NCBI GenBank assembly: GCA_965207885.1
Contig: OZ242311.1
Coordinates: 5,888,001-5,952,000, forward strand
Source: Candidatus Latescibacterota bacterium
Lineage (GTDB): Bacteria; Latescibacterota; UBA2968
DNA: 64,000 nucleotides
Direction: 5' to 3'
Shown here: one piece after another, positions 17,895 through 25,878 of the stretch
Layout of the letters: every line of letters starts with the position of its first letter
Position numbering within the stretch: the first letter of the stretch is position 1
The notes under the pieces: model-generated
Databases searched by the model: none
The model's input: the letters and a program-made list of their open reading frames with translations, nothing else
Told to the model about the DNA's origin: nothing
Made by a program: the position numbers and the translations under genes

Positions 17895-20620
17895 ACAAGT
17901 CCGATCAACGAATTCGCAAGTTCAATCCGGGGACGTTTCAAACCGACGAGGAAGTGATTGAGCAGTTCGTAGTCAGGAAACGCGAACTCAGTATCGTGCT
18001 TGAGGTGCTACGCGGAAATATCGATTCACCATCGTGCCAGCACGTTTTGGTGGTTGCACCTCGTGGTCGGGGAAAGACCATGCTGCTCGCGCGGATCGCG
18101 GCGGAGTTGAATACTGATGACGGACTCTCCGAATGTCTTCTACCAGTTCGGTTCATGGAAGAGAGTCACGAGGTACTCAATATTGCCGATTTTTGGCTCG
18201 AAACCCTGTTCCACCTTGCGCGGGAGAGCGCCAGGCACGATTCCGATCTCGCACGGGAACTGCGAGAGACACACGCCGATCTGATTGATCGCTGGCGCGA
18301 AAAGGAACTCGCAGATCGCGTCCTTGCTGCTGTCCTGGACGCATCGGACCGGCTGGGCAAAAAACTCGTTCTCATGGTCGAAAATCTACAGACACTCTGT
18401 GAAAACGTGGACGCCGATTTCGGCTGGCAGCTACGTGGCGCATTGCAATCGGAACCACAGATCATGCTGCTCGCCACCGCTACGAGTCGCTTCAAGGGTC
18501 TGGAAGATGCCAAGGAGCCGTTCTTCGAGCAGTTCCGAATACTGGATCTGGAACCATTAAACACAAAAGAATGTCGTCGTTTGTGGCAGGTCGTCAGCGA
18601 CGACCAGGTGAGCAATCGCGATATCAGGCCGCTCGAGATTCTGACCGGTGGCAATCCCCGCCTCCTGGTCATCGTCGCCGAATTCGCGCAGCACCGGTCA
18701 TTGCGCCAGTTGATAGAAGAACTGGTGACATTGATTGATGACCATACCGAGTATTTCCGCAGTCATCTGGAGGTCCTGGCCAGCGTCGAACGCCGTGTGT
18801 ATCTCGCGTTGCTTGACCTTTGGGATCCCTCTAAGGAACCGTCAAGTGCGGGTGAGATCGCGGCGCGCGCGCGCATGGATGTTCGAATCGCATCGACTAT
18901 GCTCAGACGACTCGTCGATCGGGAGATGGTCATCTTTAAGGGTACTGGTAGAAAGAGATGGTACGAAGCTGCAGAAATTCTCTACAAATACTACTACAAA
19001 CTGCGACGCGAACGCGATGAGACAGCGGTTGTAGCAAATCTAATCCACTTTATGGCGGTGTTTTATAGCAAAGCGGAACTGGCTGAGATGTCCGATAAGC
19101 TGATTGCGGAGGCGGCGCAATTGCCGGTGATTCGCAAGGGTGTTGAACGGGTAATCGCCGAACAGCCTCAAGTCGGCAGTGTGTTCTCTAACATAGTGCG
19201 GCCAAGCATTGATCAGACATCTGAACTCGCTACATTAATTGACAAAGAGAGCGTCGAACGATTGTTCGAAGATATTACTACAGCTTTAACAGAAGAGGCA
19301 TTCGAGAAGGTTATCGAGACTGTGGACCGAGCTTTTGCTGCTTGGAGCGCAAATGGGTATCAAGTGCCAGAGCCATTGATCGCTGTGGGATTTTTTTGCA
19401 AGGCGTTTGTACACGAGCAATTCGACGATTACGCAGTGGCGTTAGCGTCTTATGGTGAAGTGATCGCGCGTTTAAGTAGCAGCGGTGCACCCGCTTTCCA
19501 GACTTTGGTCGCTTGGGCATTGTTCAGCAAGGGAAATGTGCAAGTAAAACTTGAGGAATTTGCATCGGCGATAGCGACTTATGATGAAGTGATCGCCCGC
19601 TTTGGCTCCAGCGATGCACCGGATCTCCAGGCTCCGGTCGCATGGGCATTTTCCAAAAAGGGAGATATGCAAGTAAAACTCGATGAGTTTGCGTTGGCGT
19701 TAGCATCTTATGACGAAGTGATCGCCCGCTTTGGCTCCGGCGATGAGCCGGATCTCCAGGCTCCGGTCGCTTGGGCATTGTTCAGCAAGGGAGATGTGCA
19801 AGTAAAACTCGACGAGTTTGCGTTGGCGATAGCATCTTATGACGAAGTGATCGCCCACTTTGGCTCCAGCGATGCGCCGGATCTCCAGGCTCCGGTCGCT
19901 TGGGCATTTTCCAAAAAGGGAGATGTGCAAGTAAAACTCGATGAGTTTGCGTCAGCGATAACGTCTTATGATGAAGTGATCACACGTTTTGGAGACAGCG
20001 ATACACCCGATCTCCAAGTGGTAGTAGCTTTGTCATTGTCTGACAAGGGAGATGTGCAAGTAAAACTCGGCGATTGCGTAGCGGCGGTAGCGTTTTATGA
20101 TGAAGTGATCGCGCGCTTTGGAGACAGTGATGCACCCGGTCTCCAGGTTCCAGTCGCTTTGACATTGTTCAAAAAGGGTTTGACACAAATTAAGATGGGC
20201 AGTGCGGAAGAAGTTCTACACACCTGTGAAGAGCTTGAAAGAAGACTCGATGCCTTAACTGGCAATGAGAAGGTCGAGTTTACATGGCGCGCAAGGTGTG
20301 TGCGGGCTTTGGCACTACTGGTCCAGAAAAAACGTCAAGCCGCCGTGAACGCGTTCCGGTCTGCGTATGCTGTGTTCGAATCTGACAACGAAATGGTGAT
20401 AAATGAGATGCTATATTTTGTGACCGAATTGATCGCAAAAGGTGCCTCGGAGCGTGACCTTATCGAGATCCTGTCCAGCGACAAAGAGAAATCTGATACT
20501 TTAGTACCCCTCATCGTTGCTCTGCGACAGCGTACCGGCGAGGGGGTTCGCGCGCCTGTAGAAGTCCTTGAGGTCGCGAAGGATATCAACAAGCGCATTG
20601 AAAAAAGAATGGCGAATTGA
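17891..20620 (+). CDS. STAND/NLR-like ATPase-wHTH-TPR protein, paralog 1 (seven 43-aa repeats)
   Basis: Walker A APRGRGKT; LMVEN Walker B variant; LTGGNPR (GxP) motif; SAGEIAARAR...LRRL HTH; 43-aa repeats. Confidence 0.85.
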   Translation: MNKSDQRIRKFNPGTFQTDEEVIEQFVVRKRELSIVLEVLRGNIDSPSCQHVLVVAPRGRGKTMLLARIAAELNTDDGLSECLLPVRFMEESHEVLNIADFWLETLFHLARESARHDSDLARELRETHADLIDRWREKELADRVLAAVLDASDRLGKKLVLMVENLQTLCENVDADFGWQLRGALQSEPQIMLLATATSRFKGLEDAKEPFFEQFRILDLEPLNTKECRRLWQVVSDDQVSNRDIRPLEILTGGNPRLLVIVAEFAQHRSLRQLIEELVTLIDDHTEYFRSHLEVLASVERRVYLALLDLWDPSKEPSSAGEIAARARMDVRIASTMLRRLVDREMVIFKGTGRKRWYEAAEILYKYYYKLRRERDETAVVANLIHFMAVFYSKAELAEMSDKLIAEAAQLPVIRKGVERVIAEQPQVGSVFSNIVRPSIDQTSELATLIDKESVERLFEDITTALTEEAFEKVIETVDRAFAAWSANGYQVPEPLIAVGFFCKAFVHEQFDDYAVALASYGEVIARLSSSGAPAFQTLVAWALFSKGNVQVKLEEFASAIATYDEVIARFGSSDAPDLQAPVAWAFSKKGDMQVKLDEFALALASYDEVIARFGSGDEPDLQAPVAWALFSKGDVQVKLDEFALAIASYDEVIAHFGSSDAPDLQAPVAWAFSKKGDVQVKLDEFASAITSYDEVITRFGDSDTPDLQVVVALSLSDKGDVQVKLGDCVAAVAFYDEVIARFGDSDAPGLQVPVALTLFKKGLTQIKMGSAEEVLHTCEELERRLDALTGNEKVEFTWRARCVRALALLVQKKRQAAVNAFRSAYAVFESDNEMVINEMLYFVTELIAKGASERDLIEILSSDKEKSDTLVPLIVALRQRTGEGVRAPVEVLEVAKDINKRIEKRMAN
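19379..20281 (+). repeat. Intragenic 129-bp tandem repeats (TPR-like units)
   Basis: Unit starts at 19379, 19508, 19637, 19766, 19895, 20024 and 20153; central units are highly similar at DNA level. Confidence 0.9.
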
Positions 20621-20660
20621 GATGGGTGGTTGGCAGGTTTTACATATCAGAAGCTCTCAT

Positions 20661-20709
20661 AAGCCCAACGGTCTATAGGAGGCCGTTGGGCTTTTGTGTG
20701 GTTTTCTAT
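20661..20709. repeat. 49-bp direct repeat copy 2 (bidirectional terminator-like hairpin)
   Basis: Lies between convergent genes; matches 15642-15690. Confidence 0.9.
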
Positions 20710-20773
20710 GCTCATTACATTGTCAAGTCTGACGTTCTGAAATTCGCACTGGCTTCCGCCAGGGCCAAGGTCG

Positions 20774-20851
20774 AAAGATTTTTAGATTGAGTTCGTTGAT
20801 TTGGCGGTAGTGTTTTCTATTGGCTGTGCAAAGTGTTACATGATTTTCAAT
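20774..20851 (-). pseudogene. C-terminal remnant of a VapC/PIN toxin
   Basis: Manual translation IENHVTLCTANRKHYRQINELNLKSF matches the PIN C-terminal L.T.N.KH(F/Y) motif; no N-terminal part. Confidence 0.7.
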
Positions 20852-20990
20852 TTCTCAAATTGCGGACGTAAGCATCGACATCTGCCATATCTTTTCTGTC
20901 TCGCCACATCCCAAAAGCTGCGTGGTCTTTTACAGATTCGTCTGTTCGCTGTCGGGTGGGAGAAAGGATGGCTTTTTCCTTACGTTCCAT
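20847..20990 (-). CDS. Small VapB-like antitoxin (possibly a remnant)
   Basis: AFGMWRDRKDMADVDAYVRNLR resembles C-termini of antitoxins that precede PIN toxins. Confidence 0.6.
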   Translation of the reverse strand: MERKEKAILSPTRQRTDESVKDHAAFGMWRDRKDMADVDAYVRNLRN

Positions 20991-21339
20991 GTTCCATTGA
21001 TAGGAGCGTTCCGACTCTTTGTAAAACCGCATCCACTATCTCCGTGGGCAAAGGACATATCAACGTTGCATTTCTCGCCCGCCAATCCATATTCTTGACC
21101 TGGTCTGAAAGAATAATACCCGTCACATCCAATCCCGCAGGAATGGCGACCTCAAAGGGATACCCCTTCACTTGATTGGTAATTGGACAGAGTATTGCCA
21201 AATGGGTCTTGCCATTATAAGCACCCGGTGAGAGCACAGCGGCGGGGCGACGACCGGCTTGCTCATGTCCTGCTTGTGGATTGAAGTTAATCCAGACCGC
21301 ATCGCCGCGCTGTGGAACGTACTCGTCTGGCTTCACCAT
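20980..21339 (-). CDS. mazF: MazF/PemK endoribonuclease toxin
   Basis: YVPQRGD, FNPQAGHEQAGRRPA, CPITNQVKGYPFEV, DQVKNMDWRAR. Confidence 0.95.
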   Translation of the reverse strand: MVKPDEYVPQRGDAVWINFNPQAGHEQAGRRPAAVLSPGAYNGKTHLAILCPITNQVKGYPFEVAIPAGLDVTGIILSDQVKNMDWRARNATLICPLPTEIVDAVLQRVGTLLSMEHGT

Positions 21340-21575
21340 ATTTCACCGCCTACAGCAGGTCCAGTATCTATTTCACCGTGTAAGTTGTGTTCGGTCACCT
21401 TGGATAGAAGATCGTCCAATTTCAAGCCAGATGGCTTTACAGGTTCAATGACCAATTCCTTACCACGCAGCGATAATTCGACCCGCGAATTGGGTTCAAG
21501 CCCGATCTGGACAGCGAGTGGTTTGGGAATACGCAGGGCTAAACTATTGCCCCATTTCTGCACACGGGTTTCCAT
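21333..21575 (-). CDS. mazE: MazE/AbrB antitoxin
   Basis: VQKWGNSLALRIP; terminal EIDTGPAVGGEIW; GAGGAGG RBS. Confidence 0.93.
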   Translation of the reverse strand: METRVQKWGNSLALRIPKPLAVQIGLEPNSRVELSLRGKELVIEPVKPSGLKLDDLLSKVTEHNLHGEIDTGPAVGGEIW

Positions 21576-21593
21576 ATCTTCCTCCTCTAAATA

Positions 21594-21620
21594 GTAGATA
21601 CAATGAAGATACATTGAGAC
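21594..21620 (-). promoter_or_regulatory. Probable MazEF operator (overlapping GTATCT.CA(A/T)TG repeats)
   Basis: GTAGATACAATGAAGATACATTGAGAC directly upstream of mazE; resembles the alternating-palindrome mazEF operator. Confidence 0.55.
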
Positions 21621-21732
21621 TTAGAACTTATCAAGGCCAATTTTGTATCCCTCACGCAGTGGCAATACAATACGCGATATTGCATGTCATATCATACTGG
21701 TAGAGAATGACTTATATCAGCCTCTCAGTTTT

Positions 21733-21793
21733 GTCCACAATTTTGTTGACTTTTTTGTATAAGATATTATTTTGTCAACAGTTTCGTTGACAA
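21733..21793 (+). promoter_or_regulatory. Promoter (TTGACT-16-TATTTT) bracketed by two 18-bp palindromic boxes
   Basis: GTCCACAATTTTGTTGAC (21733) and TTGTCAAC-AGTTTC-GTTGACAA (21772-21793). Confidence 0.65.
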
Positions 21794-21822
21794 TGGTTTA
21801 ATGAATTACTGGGAGATGCGCA

Positions 21823-24282
21823 ATGAACAATTCCGATCGCCCGATCCGCAAGTTCAATCCGGGGACGTTTCAGTCCGACGAGGAGGTGATTGAGCAGTTC
21901 GCGGTGAGGAAACACGAACTCGATACGGTGCTTGGGGTCTTGCGCAGGAATATCGGTTCACCATCGTGCCAGCACGTTCTGATGGTCGCGCCTCGGGGTC
22001 GGGGAAAGACGATGTTGCTCGCGCGCGTCTCGGCGGAGTTGAATGCTGATGGCGAGCTTTCCAGATGTTTTTTACCGGTTCGGTTTATGGAGGAGAGTCA
22101 CGAGATATTCGATCTCGCGGATTTTTGGCTCGAGACGCTGTTTTATCTTGTGCAGGAGAGCGTCAGGCACGATTCCGCGCTCGCACAGGAGTTGCGAGAG
22201 GCGCACGCCGATCTGGCCGATCACTGGGACGAGGCGTCGCTCGCGGATCGCGTCCGTGACACTGTTCTGGACGCGGCGGACCGGTTGGGCAAAAAACTCG
22301 TTCTTATGGTGGAAAATCTGCAGGCGCTCTGCGAAGATATAGATGACGATTTTGGCTGGCAGTTGCGCGGCGTGTTGGAGTCCGAGCCTCGGATCGTGTT
22401 GCTTGCCACTGCGACGAGTCGCTTTGAGGGTCTGGAAAATGCGGCGGAGCCGTTTTTTGAGTTGTTCCGAATTGTCGATCTGGAACCGCTGAGTACCGAG
22501 GACTGCTGCCGTCTGTGGGAGGTGGTCGGTGGAGACGCGGTGACTGAGCACGAGATCAGGCCGCTCGAGATCCTGACCGGTGGCAATCCCCGTCTTCTAA
22601 TTATGGTCGCTGAGTTCGCGCAGCACAGGTCGTTGCGCCAGTTGATGGAGGAACTGGTGACGCTGATTGACGAGCATACCGAGTATTTCCGCGGTTATCT
22701 GGAGGCTTTGCCCAGGAGCGAGCGCCGCGTGTATCTCGCGTTGATTGATTTTTGGCGACCGTCGAGTACGAGCGAGATCGCGGCGCGGGCGCGTATGGGG
22801 GTTCGGCCCGTATCGACTATGCTCGGCCGACTTGTGAACAGGGGTGCGGTCGTCGTGGAGGGGGCTGGCAGGAAGCGATTGTACGCCGCAGGGGAACCTC
22901 TCTATAGCATCTATTACAAGTTGCGGCGCGAGCGCGACGAGGCGACAAGTATGAGGCGTCTGATCCATTTCATGATGGCGTTCTACGGGATAGGCGAGTT
23001 GTACCAGATGTCTGGTCGGCTGAGTTTGGAGGCGGCAGAGTCAAAGGTTATTCGCGAAGGTATTGAGCGTGCGCTCGTCGAACCACCGGACGTTGAGGAC
23101 AGTTTTTTACGCGTGGCAGGGTCGGCTGTCGAATATATATCGGACAGGGCGACGGCAAATGCGCCATTCACAGCGGAACTGCGTTTAAAAGAGGAGATCC
23201 AAACGGCGCTCGATGAGAAAGAATTTGAAAGGATTATCGAGATTGGTGACCATTTTATCGCTTCAGGAAGCGTGGATGCATCTCTGATGCCAGAGTCTCT
23301 GCTTGCCTACATATTGCATATGAGGGCTATTGCTTATGAAAAATTGGAGGATTTCCAGGGGGTGGTCGCGGTTTGCGATGAGATGGTTGAGCGTTTCGAC
23401 GACGCGAGCGACCATACACTCCTGGCGCGGATGGCCCGCGTATTGATCCACGGGGCAAGAGCGCGATATGAACTCGGAGAGTTGGGGTTGGTGATGTCGG
23501 CATATGAGGCGGTGATTGAGCGTTTTGGTTCCAGCGACGCGCCCGATTTCCAGTTTCCGGTCGCTCTGGCGCTGTTAAAAAAGGGAGATTTGCAAGTTCA
23601 ACAGAGAGAGTTGGGGCTGGCGGTGTCTGTATATGAAGAGGTGATTGCCCGTTTTGGCTCCAGCGATGCATCGGGGATTCAGCTTATGGTCGCCTGGGCG
23701 TTGTCCCAAAAGGGAGATTTGCAAGCCCAACTGGGAGAGTTGACGCTGGCAGTATCTGCGTATGAGGAAGTGATCGAGCGTTTTGGTACCAGCGATGTGC
23801 CAGCGATCCGGGTTCTGATCGCCTGGGCATTGTCCCAAAAAGGTATGATACAAATTAAGGTGGGGCGTATGAAAGAAGCTATGCTCATAAGTGAAGAGCT
23901 TGAGGGAAGACTCGGTGCGTTGGCTGACGATGAGAAGGTGGTGTTTGTATGGCGAGCAAGGTATGTCCATGCTTTGGCACTGCTGCTAAGGAACAGACTA
24001 CGGATGGCTATGGATGTGTTTCAGTCGGCGTATGCGGTGTTCCTACCTGACAATGAGACGATGATGTACGAGATACTACAACTCGTGCCCGATTTGATCG
24101 CAAACGGTGCCTCGGAGCCTGATCTTGTCGATATTCTCCTGTCCAGGGGGAAATCCGATGCGTTGGAACCTCTTATTGTTGCCCTACGACAGCGTTCCGG
24201 CGAGGTGGTTCGTGCGCCTGTGGAGGTTCTTGAGGTGGCGAGGGATATTAACAGGCGTATTGAGTTTTTCCGAAATGAATGA
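21823..24282 (+). CDS. STAND/NLR-like ATPase-wHTH-TPR protein, paralog 2 (five 43-aa repeats)
   Basis: Same motifs as 17891-20620; N-terminal ~370 aa and C-terminal cap closely similar, middle diverged. Confidence 0.85.
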   Translation: MNNSDRPIRKFNPGTFQSDEEVIEQFAVRKHELDTVLGVLRRNIGSPSCQHVLMVAPRGRGKTMLLARVSAELNADGELSRCFLPVRFMEESHEIFDLADFWLETLFYLVQESVRHDSALAQELREAHADLADHWDEASLADRVRDTVLDAADRLGKKLVLMVENLQALCEDIDDDFGWQLRGVLESEPRIVLLATATSRFEGLENAAEPFFELFRIVDLEPLSTEDCCRLWEVVGGDAVTEHEIRPLEILTGGNPRLLIMVAEFAQHRSLRQLMEELVTLIDEHTEYFRGYLEALPRSERRVYLALIDFWRPSSTSEIAARARMGVRPVSTMLGRLVNRGAVVVEGAGRKRLYAAGEPLYSIYYKLRRERDEATSMRRLIHFMMAFYGIGELYQMSGRLSLEAAESKVIREGIERALVEPPDVEDSFLRVAGSAVEYISDRATANAPFTAELRLKEEIQTALDEKEFERIIEIGDHFIASGSVDASLMPESLLAYILHMRAIAYEKLEDFQGVVAVCDEMVERFDDASDHTLLARMARVLIHGARARYELGELGLVMSAYEAVIERFGSSDAPDFQFPVALALLKKGDLQVQQRELGLAVSVYEEVIARFGSSDASGIQLMVAWALSQKGDLQAQLGELTLAVSAYEEVIERFGTSDVPAIRVLIAWALSQKGMIQIKVGRMKEAMLISEELEGRLGALADDEKVVFVWRARYVHALALLLRNRLRMAMDVFQSAYAVFLPDNETMMYEILQLVPDLIANGASEPDLVDILLSRGKSDALEPLIVALRQRSGEVVRAPVEVLEVARDINRRIEFFRNE

Positions 24283-24394
24283 AGACATTAAAATGCATTA
24301 AGACATAATCTGAATGCGTGATCTTGCTTTTTGCCATTTCCGTCTTATTTTCCCAAAAACAAACGATTGTAAATGTGGGAAGAAGGGAATAAGA

Positions 24395-25795
24395 ATGGCT
24401 GAGCAGGTCAGCATGACGGTTCTGGTGATCGATGATGATGCACATATTCGGTCTTCGATAGGGAAGTTTCTCATCGCCAGGGGGCATACGGTTATCGAAG
24501 CGGCAGATGGCGAGAAGGGTGTGGAGGTGGTGGAGAGCCAGGCTGTGGATATTGTGATTACGGATGTGAAGATGCCTAAGATGGATGGATTTGAGGTGCT
24601 TCGGCGGGTGCGGTCTGTCTCTCCTGAGACCGAGGTGATTGTGATTACGGGTGTGAAAGAGGCGGAGAATGCGTTTCGCGCGTTGCGAGAAGGGGCGTTT
24701 GATTTTTTCAACAAGCCTTTTCAGGTGGAGGAGTTGAATGCGGCTATCCAGCGCACTGTGCGCTACCAGGCGCTTCGAAAAGAGAAGGATAGGGTTCAGG
24801 CGAGGCTGGATAGGATGGAGGCAAAGGAGCGAGAGAAGAGCGGTTTGAATGCGGTTATAGGGGAGAGTGAGGCGGTTGTGAAGATGAAGGCGCAGATTCA
24901 GCAGGTGGCTGCGACTGATTATACGACGGTGCTGATTGTTGGGGAGACGGGTACGGGGAAGGAACTGGTTGCGCGAGCGGTGCATAGCGAGAGCGACCGC
25001 GCTGGCGGTCCGTTTGTTGCCGTGAATTGTTCTGCTATTCCGGGCAATTTGTTTGAGAGCGCGTTTTTTGGGCATAAGAAGGGCGCGTTTACAGATGCGA
25101 AGGCAGATCAGAAGGGCCATTTTGAGCTGGCAGATGGGGGTACGCTGTTTCTGGATGAGATCGGAGATATGCCACTCGAGATGCAGGTGCGTTTGTTGCG
25201 TACGCTGGAAGAGCGATGCATTCGACCCGTGGGGAGTAGTGATGAGATCGCTGTGGATGTGCGCGTGGTTGCTGCTACTAATAGGGTGCTTAGTGTAGCG
25301 GTGCAGGAGGGGAATTTCAGAGAGGATCTGTATTACAGGTTGAATGTGTTCGCGATTCAGGTGCCGCCGTTGCGCGAGCGAGCAGGGGATGTTCTGTTCC
25401 TGGCGCAGCACTTTTTGGCTGGTTATGCCCGCGATTTGCGGAAGCCGCTGATGGGATTTTCGAGGGAGGCAGAGGATTTGCTTCAGAAACAGGTGTTTCC
25501 AGGCAATGTTCGCATGCTGAAGAATGCGGTTGAACGGGCTGCTATTTTGTGCGGGGGTAGGGAGATTGATGCGGATGATCTGAGTTTTGAGCTATTTGAG
25601 ATTGGTCCGGCCAGTAGCGTTGATCGCGTGGTGCAGTCCTTCCCCGAGGATCAGATGAGTCTGCCCGCATTTGAGAAGGCACTGCTTTGTGAGGCTTTGC
25701 GACGAACAGAGGGGAACCAGGTTCAGGCAGCCGCGCTTCTGGGGATTTCGAGGATGGTTTTGAGGAATAGGATGAAGCGGTATGGGTTGTTTTGA
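24395..25795 (+). CDS. NtrC-family sigma-54-dependent response regulator
   Basis: Receiver VLVIDDD...TDVKMP; GETGTGKE; GAFTDA; TLFLDEIG; Fis-type HTH. Confidence 0.95.
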   Translation: MAEQVSMTVLVIDDDAHIRSSIGKFLIARGHTVIEAADGEKGVEVVESQAVDIVITDVKMPKMDGFEVLRRVRSVSPETEVIVITGVKEAENAFRALREGAFDFFNKPFQVEELNAAIQRTVRYQALRKEKDRVQARLDRMEAKEREKSGLNAVIGESEAVVKMKAQIQQVAATDYTTVLIVGETGTGKELVARAVHSESDRAGGPFVAVNCSAIPGNLFESAFFGHKKGAFTDAKADQKGHFELADGGTLFLDEIGDMPLEMQVRLLRTLEERCIRPVGSSDEIAVDVRVVAATNRVLSVAVQEGNFREDLYYRLNVFAIQVPPLRERAGDVLFLAQHFLAGYARDLRKPLMGFSREAEDLLQKQVFPGNVRMLKNAVERAAILCGGREIDADDLSFELFEIGPASSVDRVVQSFPEDQMSLPAFEKALLCEALRRTEGNQVQAAALLGISRMVLRNRMKRYGLF

Positions 25796-25878
25796 TGCAC
25801 CTCGACAGGGCAACTGGTATAAATCAATCAGCACTCGCCGATTTAAAAAAAGCTCGCAAAATCCTGAGAAGACTCAAG

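Noticed and set aside
24248-25411. Long antisense ORFs over conserved genes (also over gltX, carB and the first CDS)
   Set aside because: Expected shadows from codon bias; the opposite strand encodes clear protein families.
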